A stretch of 62,453 nucleotides of DNA, the filler included, from Rhabdomonas costata (lineage: Eukaryota): assembly GCA_019059605.1 (NCBI GenBank). It is 28 parts of 28 records of this genome, joined end to end, with 100 filler letters (N's around TTAATTAATTAA, not from the genome) between each part and the next. Parts side by side here need not be neighbours in the genome. Positions count along the whole stretch, not along the records: positions 24,590 to 26,723 come from JAHMHO010005382.1; positions 26,824 to 28,958 come from JAHMHO010005383.1; positions 29,059 to 31,192 come from JAHMHO010005384.1; positions 31,293 to 33,421 come from JAHMHO010005385.1; positions 33,522 to 35,655 come from JAHMHO010005386.1; positions 35,756 to 37,888 come from JAHMHO010005387.1; positions 37,989 to 40,123 come from JAHMHO010005388.1; 21 more parts are not named here. One strand, written 5' to 3'. The first letter of the stretch is position 1. Each line of letters starts with the position of its first letter. The position numbers and the translations under genes are program-made. Positions 25,264 to 38,822 of this stretch are shown piece by piece. Below the pieces are notes generated by a model. The model searched no databases. It saw nothing but the letters and a program-made list of their open reading frames with translations, and was not told the DNA's origin.

Positions 25264-26685
25264 ATGGGAAAGACCATTGCTCTGTTTGATGTTGACGGAA
25301 CCCTGACGCTACCCCGGCAGGTATGCTTCGTTCGCAATGTGGGATGCTGGCTCTCACCTCCTGCTGGATCTCACCTCCTAAGTCTGTTGAAATACATCCA
25401 AACTGATCCTTCCCGTGGGTTTCGCACGTGCTTGGTAGGTCTCTCATTTACTGCCTCATTCCCCATTTCAGAAAGTCATGCCGGAGATGCTTGAGGCCCT
25501 GCGAAGGCTGAAGACTAAGGGGGTGGCCGTGGGGATGGTGGGAGGCTCAGATCTGGTGAAGCAGAAGGAGCAGCTGGGAGATGACCGTATGCTCCCTAGC
25601 GACCAGAAACCTCCCCGTTATGGCTTGAGTCAGCTTATCTCCGAATCGCGTCCGCAGCGAGATGGGGTTCCCGGCGCTCCTGCCGGCTATCCGCCATACC
25701 GTCCCACCCTCACCTTCCTACTCGTAAAAAAGCATCGAAGGAACGAAAGAAAGGGCTGGTTGCGTGGGGACATTGCAGCCACCCATGCTCCAAACGCGAA
25801 TTGTCATTCGCTTGGGACCCATCATTGATGACTTAGATAGTCACTCTGGCAACCTGTTCGAACGTTTTACCAGAAGTGAAATGTGAGATACATGTAGGAT
25901 ATAAGCCAATGGTGGTGGGGGTGGGGGTGGGGACCCGTAAGCTAGCTGTAGGTGTCTGTAACTCGGACATTGGAGGTTTCATTTTTGGTTAACGTGCATT
26001 AACGCCTCGCTTGTCAGTGCGTGATAGAGCAACGTGACCCCTTCTCATTCAAGCCTCGCACGCCCCCACCGCACTCTCGGGAGTTCGTTTTCTACTCGTC
26101 CTTCCCAGCCAGAAACCAACTGGAAAGGGGGATTACGCTGCCCCGTCTTCTGTATCCGGTTCACACCAAGCTCGCCTCAAGCGGCTTGCCAATGGCCCCG
26201 TAAGCTTTGAGGGATGCAATGCGCAGCCCGCAGCTCTGTCCTCTGTCCTCTTCCACTTCTGCTGCAGGCGCTGCCACACACAAACACAACACTCACACAC
26301 TCACACTCACTTCCATGCCGCGGCAACAACAATGGCAGCGCAACTTACATCAAGCCCCGCTCCAGAGACCCGACAGGTTAAAGTGTAGATGAGCGGATAC
26401 GCCTTGGCACCACTGTGGCAGAGGACTCTGTGGGGAAGCACCCAATGACATCAACGTGCGTATGCGGCACACCGGCCAGCCAACCACCCGGCACCCGGCA
26501 CACGAGCACAGAAGACAAGCGATAAGGATCACCAGAAAAGCGACCCAGTTCCAGCTCCGCCGCCGCGGTCACCACACACTTGCGTGCACGTGGCGTTTGC
26601 AGTGCTGGAGTCTGGGCTGTTCGACTACGTCTTCACGGAGAACGGCCTGCTCTCGTTCAAGGATGGCAAGGAGATCCACAGGCAG
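25264..26685 (+). CDS. PMM: Phosphomannomutase (HAD IIB), 3'-partial; exons 25264-25320, 25472-25586, 26603-26685
   Basis: MGKTIALFDVDGTLTLPRQ|...VGGSDLVKQKEQLG...|...FDYVFTENGL; GT-AG introns with consistent phase. Confidence 0.96.
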
Positions 26686-27034
26686 GTCGTAATGTTAGTT
26701 GTGCCGAACGCGCCACCACCACCNNNNNNNNNNNNNNNNNNNNNNNNNNNNNNNNNNNNNNNNNNNNTTAATTAATTAANNNNNNNNNNNNNNNNNNNNN
26801 NNNNNNNNNNNNNNNNNNNNNNNTGTTGGGGGTCCACCAACGCCGATGATTATAATTTGGGATTACTCTTGCTGACAATGCAGGAACCAATGGCACCGCT
26901 GGACGGAGGCCCACGTCGCTGCCCACGCAAAGGGAGGAGGGAACCACACCACCTTCCCTTCCCTTCACATTCTCCGCAACGCAACACAGGAGGGAGGTGG
27001 AGGAAGCGCGAGCAAAGCCGGAGCAAAGCCTCAC

Positions 27035-28940
27035 CTGCAATGGTGTCCTTGCCAACCGCCTGAGCACGCACGAAAGCGGGTGACAGTCAAAAAATCAACA
27101 CACAGCTCGTAGGAAGTTGTGCAAGGTACCCAACACCCCATTTTGTCGGGCAATTATGCCTTGCTTCGAGTGTGTGGCCTCGGAGGAGGGTTATACTTAA
27201 TTACTAGCTCTCTCTTGGTGGCTAAAGCCGAAACGCTTCTCGGGTCTTCATTTTGACTTTACAAAATGAGGCGAACGGCTGCATCCTTGAGCAACCTCGC
27301 ACCCCCCCCCCCGCGGTGGACCTTCAGACGGCCCCTTTTTATCTCTTCCACTCACTTGTGCCGTCTTTTTCCGCTAGCACAGTGAGGAATTGATGTGACA
27401 CCCACAACGTGCTAGAGAGAAGGCGAGCCTGAGGAACCAGCTCGAGAAAAGGGAGTCTCCCCATCAGCAAAAAGAACCAAAAGTCACCGCGAAAAGCAGT
27501 CTTCCACAGCGCGGTCAAGGAAATAAATTCACCACCCCGAAAGAATTTTTGTTTCGCTAACATGGGAGTCACTAGCTGGATGGAACCTGCATCCACCCGT
27601 GTGCGCCCAAGGGCAGTTAAAACACCGTTACGGGAAGATTTTGTTTTGGTGAATGTACCGACCGAAGGTCCATTTTTTCTTTTGGTTGGTTGTGATGCAG
27701 ATGAAACTTCACAGTTTTGAAAATATTTGATGGAATTAGATGGGATGAGATGGAATGACAAGGTTTTGTGGGCACGACACCACTCTTGGCGTGGAGAGGG
27801 CAGTCAAAGAATATTGACTGCTCACGAGCTGGACTTCCGCAGTTGCTGTCCACGCTTCCGAGCCCTATCGCAGCCGTTTTTTTGGTCTCATGAGGTTCAT
27901 TTCAGTCTTTTTGTCAGTCTGCGCGTCACCTGTAAGGGCATTTCGAAGGCGGATTTAGCCATTTCGACCCCCAGAGTACGAGAGGAAGCGAGCAGAGACA
28001 AACCTGAACGCTGGCGCGGAACTTAGCCGTGTCAATCTGTGGTCAAGAAACAGAATTGCAACAGCCACATACACTCAGTACAAGGTGGCACGACAGCCGC
28101 CGAAGGTTGGGGACTTCCCAGTCATCGAAACAGTCATCGAAAATAAACACTATTATAAAATAAACACTATTATCGGTGAGGGTATACTGAAATGAACATA
28201 GTCCTTCTATACAACTTACCTCTTGAAACGCTCCGGTGCAAGCCATTTCATGCCCCAGCTCGGCGCCACCAGCCATGTGCACACCTTTCCTTCAAATATA
28301 TTTCATCTTTTATCGTTCTGGGTGGTCGCTGCGTTCTGCGTTTTTGGTTAGGAACGAGACAAAACAATTCGCTTCCTCCCTCGTTCGCAACTTTTGTGTT
28401 TCCTGTCTCTTCTCTTCGGTTTCGATCATGCTTTCTCGTAATGTTCGGTTCTTTACTGTTCGCCGCCTTAAAAACACTGCACCCTTGTTTGCTGTGCTTA
28501 TGGTCGCTAAAGGCAAACTCATTTTTTGTGTCGCTTCCTCAATCAATTAATTTCTGTCTTGCCCGTTGGGCTAAGCTTCTTTCGGTGGCGTCCCATTAAC
28601 AGTATCTCTAATTGTCACTGGTTGCCCCAGCCCCTCGTTATTCTATTTCTCATGTCAGTGGGCCGCTGTAAACCTTTCCTCGCCCATTTTACAGCTTGCC
28701 AGGTCCTTTTAACTAACACAATCCGTGCGCTTCCCATAAGTGCAATGCTACCCACACTATAATCGCCCGTGAAACCGAAGGAGGCTAGGGCAGGAGTGGG
28801 CTGGAATGCAGCAACCTCGGCAATCTCCTTTGCCTTGGAGACCTCCAGGGCGTTCACCTCCTCCTTGAACGAGAGCTCGGTGCGCTGCCGCTCCACCGAC
28901 GCCGTGAGCTCCGCGTCGTTCGTGATCCGCACCGCTTGAG
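27035..28940 (-). CDS. MVP: Major vault protein, C-terminal cap helix region; exons 28816-28940, 28004-28036, 27035-27059
   Basis: Spliced AQAVRITNDAEL...ELSFKEEVNALEVSKAKEIAE|IDTAKFRASVQ|AVGKDTIA matches the MVP LEVSKAxxLAEVExxKFxxxxxAIGxxTI motif. Confidence 0.88.
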
Positions 28941-29410
28941 CTAAGGGTAAACAAACACNNNNNNNNNNNNNNNNNNNNNNNNNNNNNNNNNNNNNNNNNN
29001 NNTTAATTAATTAANNNNNNNNNNNNNNNNNNNNNNNNNNNNNNNNNNNNNNNNNNNNTGTTGTTGGTGCTAATGCTTAGTCAGCGGATATGCGTTAGTC
29101 GTAGTATAACTTTCCGTTGAGAACGTTTGCTCTGCTTTGTTACATGGATGGGCATGAAAAAGCTCGATTTCGCCCTGAAGAGCCAATGGGGCAAAGGGGC
29201 CCTGAAAAAGCCCTATTGGCCCTTTAATTGACCTGGAGAGGCAGTAACGGCTGTAACACAGCTTATCTTCCCGGGCAATACAAAGTATCTGCCTTTGGGG
29301 AGGACATACACAAACGAGAACAAACCAACACAACTGCCCCTATGTTAAAGAAGAAAAGAGAAAAGATGTTGCACAGAAGTCTCCAAAGCAAAAAAAAGGG
29401 GGGGGGGCAC

Positions 29411-31192
29411 CTTTATTCTCTCCAGCTTCTCGGACTTGGGGAGGTAGATGAAGCCCTTTTGCACGCACCACCTCCCCAGCACCTGGGCGACGGTGCGGTT
29501 GTGCCGCGTGGCGATCCGCTGCAAAACCGGGTTGGCCATCTCGGTGCCATTTCGCAGAGGACGGTACGCCTGCGCACACATGGGCAACACACACCACGCC
29601 ACACGGAAACTGGAGAAAGTGGGATGGCGAACCAGAAAGGAGGAAAACGAGAAGTTGCTCGCCCTAACTCACAGCGCGTAACTGGAAGGGATGAAACTGC
29701 TCTTTGCAGTTGGGCTTGGTTTGCTAGCAGCCCCCCCTCTTTACATTTTTCCCTTAAAATTTTTTATGGTGATCGCTCCGCTGCGCTCCGCCCTAGATCC
29801 CAGGTGCTAGTGCGCTGAAGTCTCCGAAAGGGTCCCCGAAGTGAGTTATTTGATCTCGCAGGGGGTTGGGGCGGTACACGTGTCTGGCACTTTTTTTTTG
29901 CAATGCTATGAATTTTTCCTTGAAAATTGTCGTGAGGCCGAGAACGGCAAAGGAAGTGGCTTCGGCACCAGTTTCATGATGTAAAAGAAATGCGGCCTGG
30001 AAAGAACCGGAAAGGTTGCAGATCACGTGATGGGGAGCATGAAGGGCATCCATGCCACTTATCGCCGACTTCTCGGCAAGTCCCACAGTTGCCGAGAAGC
30101 GAAGGATGTGCAAAATGAGAAAAGCCCTACCTGGATGGCCACGCCCTTGCTCTGGAAGAAGGATATCGTTCGCTTGCGGTAGAGAAAGGGATTGACTTCG
30201 ATTTGGTTTACAGCTGGCCGCACTGTCGCAACGGCCTCCAGTTCCAGATAGTCCTCGACAGTGTAGTTGCTGACCCCAATCGACCGAACCAGCCCTGATG
30301 GGGTGAGAAAATTGGTTTCTATGTCCAAGACAAGTGTGAATGAAGAGCAGTAACGTTAAATCTTAACTTTTACCTTCGTTTTGCTCATCCATTGATCTAA
30401 TGACCAATGGCGTCAAACGGAATGCCTGATGTGATGTAATGCTTTCAAAAAACGGAAAGATGGATTTCAATTGCGGCCAAATAGAAGCGAAAAGGAACCA
30501 ACAAGAATGTCAAGTACTGAGATGTGTCGAAAACTTCAGCGCCTTCGTGCTCCTTCGCTCGCCGATAGCCACTTTACATTCTTCAATTTCTGAATCCTTG
30601 CGAAGGCCACCTATGTTGTCTTTGGCCGTTTGTCATTTTAGGGGCCGTTACAGCCCTCATGCACCGCAGGTTTTCGTCATTCACCCTTCCCCAAAGCAAA
30701 TTAAACCTTCTGTCTTGAGCTGCTCCAGAATGCTCCAGCACTGTGTGTGGTGGCCTGGCACAGGCCAATGCAGCAGGTAAAGGTCAAAGTACCCGACCCG
30801 AAGGTCGGCCAAGCTTCGGTTGAACTGCTCCCTTACCGCGGCTGGACCCTCGTATATCTTGTCCGACCACACCTTTGCAAGTCATTCACCAGCATCATGC
30901 CATTTAACATGTCCCCGCACAGAAAAACATACCACGTTGCAAACGATGATTCACCCCTCATATTACACAACATCGACCATATTTGGAGGGGAGCATGATG
31001 ACGAAGGAATTGTCGCGTTCGATAGGAGAGTGGGTGATGGAACATTGGGGAAAGGGAAAGGGATGGAAGCGAAATTTTCAAGAAAAGAAAAGAAAAAATT
31101 CATTCGCAACCTTTGAAATGACGTAGAGTTCGTTCCGAGGAACCCCACTCGCTGCAATGCCATCCCCAACGAGCTTCTCGTTCACACAAAAC
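29411..31192 (-). CDS. Aldo-keto reductase, partial; exons 31111-31192, 30707-30872, 30131-30294, 29411-29569
   Basis: NEKLVGDGIAASGVPRNELYVISK|VW...YFDLYLLHWP...|GLVRSIGVSNY...PAVNQIEVNPF...|AYRPL...AQVLGRWCVQKG...LPKS...RI. Confidence 0.95.
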
Positions 31193-32382
31193 NNNNNNNN
31201 NNNNNNNNNNNNNNNNNNNNNNNNNNNNNNNNNNNNTTAATTAATTAANNNNNNNNNNNNNNNNNNNNNNNNNNNNNNNNNNNNNNNNNNNNGGGGGGGT
31301 TGTGGGGCGATGTTGAAAGCAGATCATCGAGAAACATAGCACGGGTTTTCCCCGGCTCCGATTGGGCAGCCTTGGAAGGCTAAAGGATGTGCGGTCACAT
31401 CACCTTTGTGTTTCGACCATCAATCCGTTACAAATCCAGCCTTGACCTCATGCTGGGGGCAATGCATCAGAGACTAGGTCCCTGAAAGAAGGGCCGTGTC
31501 GGGGGTTGAACCGAATTCTCGGAGCTACACCTTTCAACGACCGTTTCATACAAAAAATGTATGCAAATAGAGACAGTCACAACCTCCTTACCATCTTGTC
31601 CCCCATTCCGCAATAAGTCACAACCACTCGCAGTTGGGCTTCATGTAGAGTGGTTAAATCCCAGAAGGGCAGCGTTCTAAGGGTGCTAAGAGCATTCCAC
31701 CTACCACCACTTTGCGAGTGCGATGCCCGTGTGTTGAGGCACTGGGCGGGGATCTGATCGTTAGCTCGTTCTGCGGTGTACCCGTGTGTGTGTGGTGCCG
31801 GTGATGGCGGAAAATGTAAATCTATCGCGCTGGGCAGCTGCAACTGTCGGCCGCGGAACAACGAATGCTGGGTCATCTGGCGTCCAGTGTGGTGTGTGTG
31901 TGTGCCGTGCGTGGCTGATACGTCATCTGAGGCCGATGACCTCGCCGGATGATGGTGTCGTTTTCTTTTCGTGCGCCTCATATCTTCGCACTTGTCAAGA
32001 ACGGCTGGAAACCAAGTCTGCATTGTCTTCACGCAGGTTGTGCATTTGACAAGTCCGTCTTTGTGTTGTCCCTCTTGTTTTGTTCTTGGGAAGACAAGAG
32101 CCGTGTGTGTGTGTGCTGTGTGCGTGTGCGTGTAAATCGTGAGTTTTCTCCACACCTTCAGTGTGTGCCCTTCCCGACAATGTCTTTCTCCTTTTCCTTC
32201 CGGTCTCTAATTTTTGCAACTGCTTTACTGTTATACTAGCAGAAACCGGCATCACCTGTGCAGATTGCTTTCTTACAATTTGCCGGTTGAGGCCATAATT
32301 ATGCTGTTTTGGGTTTCAAGCGCACTGCAAAGGCATTCATTCGTTGGAGTATGCGTGGGAGGGGGCGCCCACCGTTGCACAC

Positions 32383-33372
32383 GCCCAGGGAAGTGCTGTA
32401 GCAGGAGCTGGCGAAGGAGAGCAGCACGTCCGTCTGGGTGGAGACCACTCCGTCCGCAGTGACCTGCACCACTCTGCCCGTGCCGACTCCGGGGTAGCTG
32501 GTGAAGATGATCTGAAGCATACCACGTGCAGAGGCCGAAAGGCGCCACACAGAATCACAAGTACGCATATACAAGCACACCTCCAGGGGGAAAACAGTCT
32601 AACCATTCTAACGCACCCCTTGTGGCCGGCGAAGTTGATCTGAGGCCAAATTAGCAAGGGCAGATGCCGCGTACAGGAGTTGCCAGAGGTTACTACAACT
32701 GAAGCAGTTTCTGTCCCCTGTCCAGGGCAAAGGGAAAGGTTTACATTGCCCATGCCAAAATGTCCGATTCAAGGCTCGGCGCCTTCGGCGCTCACGTCCC
32801 ATTGCAGCCCCCAGGTGTCAATGCTAATGCTGCCAAACACTTCTTATCCTTCGCCAGGTTTCGCCAATATGGTCAGCAAGGCGCACGCACGCCAAAAACC
32901 AAAAGCTGCCCACTGAGGGCAAAAAGTGAGCCCCGAGAACTTTCTGCGCTAACCCATAGGCCTCCCATCGATTCTCAAGGATTTCAAGAGAAAAAAACGG
33001 AGAAAAAGATAGGGTCGGATAAAACAGGAAGAGAGAGGATCCAGCAGAAAGGACCGCTGGGTATCCAAACGCCGGAAGAAACCTCAGGAAGGGCCAACAA
33101 GGAGTAACAAAAAAGAGGAGCGAGCCTTCGACTCAGCAGAAAGGCCAGCAGGAGAAACAAAATTCCAGCAACTCGGTAACATCACACCGAGCCTGAATCT
33201 CCCATCAGCGTAACAGAAAGCACACCATGGTCTGGTTTCTGAACACTATGGTGGGAACAATCGCGGGCTTCGACAGCACCGCCTTCAGCAGCACCGAAGC
33301 CGACTTTACACCCAGGTTGAGCCCCGTTATCGTGACATTGACCGTCCCTGTGGTGGGAATGAGGAGCAATCC
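32383..33372 (-). CDS. IPT/TIG-like immunoglobulin-fold domain of a surface protein; exons 33226-33372, 32383-32511
   Basis: Phase-0 GT-AG join gives PTTGTVNVTITGLNLG...NQTM|IIFTSYPGVGTGRVVQVTADG, a TIG-like pattern. Confidence 0.6.
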
Positions 33373-34267
33373 CTACCCCACCAGAAGGAATTATTGTCCA
33401 CAGTGTGGCCGAACCACACAANNNNNNNNNNNNNNNNNNNNNNNNNNNNNNNNNNNNNNNNNNNNTTAATTAATTAANNNNNNNNNNNNNNNNNNNNNNN
33501 NNNNNNNNNNNNNNNNNNNNNTTTGTGGCTTCTCGTGCGTTTTCGATCACTGTTGTGTGACCATGGCAGGGCAGTGTTTTCTGTCGTCTCTAGCACATCC
33601 TGGACAATCAGGGCAGAGGTTCCCATTCGAAGTGTCAGTTTTTGGTATGTGGCACGGGGCTGACACGTCTTTAGACAGCCCGAAGTGCCTTTGAAACCCT
33701 CAACATAAAAATCAAGCGACTAATTTGTTTGTCTGGCACTCCTTTCGCAGTGACCCTTTTTTTCCTTCCCTTATATTTTGTTACTCATGTTGACAATTTA
33801 TGATGTCTTGGACCTCTGCAATGATGAAAAAAAGCTTCGGGAGTGGCTGAAAGGTTGTGGTGTCCCATAGGACAAGATATTTCTTCTCGCAGGGGGTTAG
33901 GAAGCCTTGCCTGTGTCCCCTAGAAAAAGGGTCACTGCGAAAGTTATGCCGATTATACAATACATATGTGCCGTCAAAAATGGAAGTGCCTGGCCTGGAG
34001 TGCTTCTTGTCTAGCACGGATGAGCCTAAATAAGGTCCCGTTTGTACGGGAAGACAAAATACCTGAAGTTTTGCACGTTCCTCTCCCTTTTCACCTATTT
34101 CTTGAACAGCAAACAACGGCCCCACTTCTTTGTCCTCGGCCCTACCACCCCCACCCAACAGTGACGGAAAAGCAGAGACGGGTAGGAAGTGAACTGTTAT
34201 ACGTGTCTTTCTATCGGCAGCTTTTTAGCTCAGTTATGCCAGCGGCCACACAAAAGCCCACGCACAC

Positions 34268-35122
34268 CAGCCAGATCGACGATGGTGATCTTGCTGGCAC
34301 GGTCCCTGTCCAGGGCCGACGGGGGCTCGTGGACCTGGCTGAGATAGATCGTGAACACGCTGTGGCTACGGCTGCTGATGTCGTTCATCCCGGTGAGGGC
34401 GTGGGTGCGCAGCGTGCTGCCCTCCTCGATCAGCCGCCGCACCCGGGGGTAGTTCATGACGGTGTGCATCGACAGCTGGTCGACGTAGAAGCACTTGCAC
34501 TTCTTGTCCTCCTTCAGCTTCAGGTCGCGAAGCTCGCTGGCGTTGGTCGGGCGGGGGAGGTTGGAGCCCTGTGCGCCGACGCAGGCAAACGTGCAGCCGC
34601 GCCATAGTGCGCTTGATATGTTCAGGTGCATGGGCGCTGTGGGCGCGCTGAGGATTGCGCGGTACGCTGGCTGAAGTGGGCTGATGAGTTAGTTCGCTGA
34701 TTAGAGCTGCACCTCCCGAGCCCGCGGTCACGGGTCACGGGTGCCCGCTAACTACCTCTGCTAACTACCTCTATCTGGTGCCTCCTTTGCGGGTTCCTGG
34801 CAAGCACGTGGTCTATAACAAAAATAGCCAGGAGTGTATGCGTGACTCGTAAACGGCTGTGAGCTGAAGACAACAATGGAAAGACCCCGCAAGTGGGGAG
34901 TCAGGGGAGTGGAAAGGTTGATGTGAAGAAGTTGCCAATGAAATCGACAGTCGACCAACCTGGGGACATTAAAACGTGTGAGCAAGTGACAAAGATTGAG
35001 GCGCACCCATACACGATCACAGTTTCGAAACACACCTCGAACTCCAGCAGATCGCGGATCTTCTCGTTGTACACCTCCACGAAGGAGACCTGGATCTTGA
35101 TGATCAGGGTGGGATCCTCGGC
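34268..35122 (-). CDS. Kinesin motor domain, partial; exons 35036-35122, 34268-34568
   Basis: VSFVEVYNEKIRDLL; switch I MNDISSRSHSVFTI; switch II SKITIVDLAG. Confidence 0.95.
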
Positions 35123-35987
35123 CTTTTGGAATGACGTTTATTTGGTAAGCAAAGAAAGAGAATTAATCAAGGCCACGCATAAAAGATGGTTCCGGAGGTG
35201 TGGGCAACATTTATCTGAGAGTCAGTTAGTACAACAAGCTTGTCTCTTGGTCGTAAGCGCGGAAAGAGAAGGAACGTGAAGGTACGGGCAAGCAAAGAAC
35301 GAAGGAAAGGTATCATCGCGGGACGAGTGGAGAAGTTGCCCTCCAAGCCAAAAAAGCTCACAAAGCTACGAAGAGGGATGCGTGCGGTGCTGCGGCCCCG
35401 TCAGCGAAACAATGTGCAGCAAGGGCGCGATGTGAGTAGTAGCACGACGTTGTAAGGCGGTTGGGTGCGGGAAGGGTGAGCGCAGCGTATTGTACAATTC
35501 TTGTGTGTAGACCGGGGACAGAAACCGGCCCCACGTGACGCTTTGTTACATTGCCATGTTTGTCCTGCGGCCGGTTTCGCTGATGAAGTTCCTTTTTCTT
35601 TTTTTTTTCTCGCCTCGCGTGCACGCTTGAGTGAGACGAAAGAACAACCACAACCNNNNNNNNNNNNNNNNNNNNNNNNNNNNNNNNNNNNNNNNNNNNT
35701 TAATTAATTAANNNNNNNNNNNNNNNNNNNNNNNNNNNNNNNNNNNNNNNNNNNNAAAAAAAAGACAGAAATGAATAGTTATATAAGTGTCAGGGCAAGG
35801 CGAGTGTATGTTGACGGGACGAACGAGAGGGGGCCACCTTTGGCCTCGAAGGCTCATCAACACGCTGACAATAAGGCTGACGTGCAGACCACAAGAACTT
35901 TGGAGGAGCTATCGGCACAGTTGCCGGAGAGGTGATCCTTCTATGGCCATTCTCCTTCGGCCCCCTCCCACAAAAAACCCAACGCGC

Positions 35988-37734
35988 CTGGTGGATGTCA
36001 CCGACGAGGTGAATCAGCGTGAACATGCTGAAGGACATCTCCCACAAGTTTCCCTGCACTGGGTTGCGTTCCAGCGAGCTCGTGAGACTGGTGATCATGG
36101 TGGCAGCGTTGATATCGCTGGGCTGGGGAACGTTGGCGATGTTGTCTGGGTTGTACGGCTGGTCGAAGAAGTGCCTGATCCGCGGTCCCCACCCCACAGC
36201 CAAGATGCCAGAATTTTGTATCGGAGGTTCTTAGGAGCACACACATCAGACCGAAGATACGGTTGAAAAAAATACCACCAAGACAGGGTTCTGGAACAGT
36301 CCTGTGGCACCGCTGCTGGGTGAGCCACGCGGGAACGGGGGATATGCACTTGGACATATCACCTCTTGGCACGCTAGGGATGCTCCCGGCGTGCCAACAA
36401 ACATGAACTGCACTTTCTGCCTCCCCAGGGCTCCTGGGGCGTGGATCCATCAGGGTTCAGTCGTTAATCAGTCCACTCTGTGACGTGCCGCAGTCTCTCC
36501 CCCTCTCTCTTGTCGAACAGGATTGACCACCTTCTAAGGTCCTCTGACCACAAGGAAAAAATTATTGCTGAGCAGCGCCTAAGATCGGGCGGTCTCCCGG
36601 TGTGAGTACGCTCCCTCTTGGTGTTCGGATTCCGCTGCGTGTATCCATTACTGTGAATCAGTGGCGGATATTCCTCCCCCCCCCCTCCACTGGGAAACCC
36701 TTCCACCAAGTTGGAGCATACTTGCTTGGATGAAAAAGAACTCACATTAATCGCGATTTTTGTTTGAATAAATTCGAAAGAAAACAAAATGCTTTTTCCC
36801 GAAAAAACCGGGTTGGCTCGAAGCGGGGGCGAAGACCCCCTCCCCACTTCAGTCACCCTGGGGTTCACTTCCTGACACAAAACTTGCCGCTCGTGTACGC
36901 GTAAGCATGCGCAACCCCCAGCCCGCCAACCAACTTAAAATTCCCACAAGTGCGTGGTGTGTATGTGTGTGTGTGTGTTTTTTTTGGGGGGGGGCAGCTA
37001 CCAGGACGACATGACTTCCAGACCAGTAACCCTGAGGTCGTCCTGCCAACACGCGCACTCCGTCACTGAGGAGCTGTGCGTGAACCCGGACTTGTCGTGC
37101 ATGAAGGGTACCAGGGTCCGCAGCTTGTCCAGCTCCTGCGCCCAGGCAGCAGGACAAAAGAAAACACAATGCCAACGTTGACTTACCTTGTCTTTCTGAG
37201 CCCAGCGTCGGGTTCATTTAAATTTTTTAAGCGCCGGAACCGAACTAAGCAAAGCAAGTTCTACCCCCAAAAGCCAAAAGTATGAGAATGGTGCACAACA
37301 AATTCCCAAAAGGAGCATTGCTCGGTGACTTTCAAACGCGAGAATTTCTGGTGTTGGTTCTCTTCTTTTATCGTCACACCATGTTTTTGCTTTCGGATGT
37401 AACCTGCTTCGGAAAGCGTAACGATCACGTGACAGGTCCTATTGGACTCCAACCACCGGCACGGAATGACTCGACACAGTGCCAAAAAGCTAAATCCGTG
37501 TCCGTGCAAATCTTTGGAGAGCAAGTACGCGAAACACGCCCAAACTCCACCAAAAGGGAAAGGCACGGGAAGAGGGAGGGGGGCTCTTTTTGCCTGGCTG
37601 TTGAGGTTCAGCTTCGCGACTTCGACAACCAGCATGTGCCCGGTGCACAACCAGCCGCTGCATGGCAACACCACATTGCACAGCACCAGCATCGCCAGCA
37701 GTGCCGCTGTCGGACGCCGAACACCACTGACCAT
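35988..37734 (-). CDS. S1/P1 (class I) nuclease / 3'-nucleotidase with signal peptide, 3'-partial; exons 37594-37734, 37002-37135, 35988-36174
   Basis: Signal peptide, then WLCTGHM, WQDDLR, W|HFFD and LIHLVGDIHQ zinc-binding motifs; two GC donors. Confidence 0.92.
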
Positions 37735-38822
37735 TTCGGTGGGGAATGGGGTTTGGGGTTGCAGAAAACTCTGACCACGGATATACAAATGCGATGAGTG
37801 ACGACGAAAGGCAGATGCGTCCTGCGCGTCTTTCATGCACCTCTTCATTCCATCATAATCTTCTGTGCCACAAGCTGAAGAACCAACCNNNNNNNNNNNN
37901 NNNNNNNNNNNNNNNNNNNNNNNNNNNNNNNNTTAATTAATTAANNNNNNNNNNNNNNNNNNNNNNNNNNNNNNNNNNNNNNNNNNNNGTTTTTGGGTCC
38001 AGCAATTTCTGATCCTTCGGATCCCTCGGATAGGCCCTCTGTGGCATCTGGCTGTGGCAACATCCATCTGAGAGCAGCAATACAATGTGTAAAAACACGC
38101 AGAGCAAGGAGGACGGTACATTGGACAGGACCATTTATCGCATTTGATATACTTATATTGCGACGGCAGTACGTACTCCAGCGGAGTGACCTTCCAAGCT
38201 GAAGTCTTCTTGAGCTGCATGCATCCCGGTATACTTTGGGCACAAGCACTTCTAGATCACTTCCTTGAAAGTGCCGATAAGATTTCAGGGGCTGCAGCGC
38301 TCTTACACCCCATCGAGATGCACAACCAGTGCCTTACGTCGCCCCATGATCCTTGATATACGCGCATTCTCCTGGAAGACACTGGAGGACACGTGTGCAG
38401 CTTCCCAGCTCTCTACGAAATCAATATCTGTGTGCATTGTTTTCCAACGGAGACCTCTCACCTGAGGAGGCATGTATTGCCTCCTGATTCACTGCGACGA
38501 TTCAACCTCTCAGAAAGCACAGCATCATGATCCGTCCATCATGGGTTGGTGTGGGATCCAGGATGCGCTGTGCTCAGTTTATGCCTCTCCCCCCACATTC
38601 TGAAATCTCTATTTCCCGAATTTTGCGGTGGATTTTGTTTAAAACCGTCGGAAATCACGGAAATCCAGTGCCCAATGAAATATCAAATGGATGTGTCATG
38701 CACTCACTGCTTGTGGGGTTAGAGGACTGTCGCCAACCTCCATCATCAGCATCAAGGACACATCTCTGTAAATTCAGGCACAAACTAGCATACAGCAAAA
38801 GATGTAACATTGGGGAGATACG

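Noticed and set aside
31491..31545. tRNA T-arm/acceptor-like sequence on the minus strand (GGTTCAACCCCCGACACGGCCC)
   Set aside because: No D-arm or anticodon arm, and too short for a tRNA.
37187..37195. Possible 9-nt micro-exon (CAG|AAAGACAAG|GTAAGT, minus strand) in nuclease intron 1
   Set aside because: The GHM-to-WxDD spacing appears to fit homologs without it (from memory; needs an alignment), so it is probably a cryptic site.
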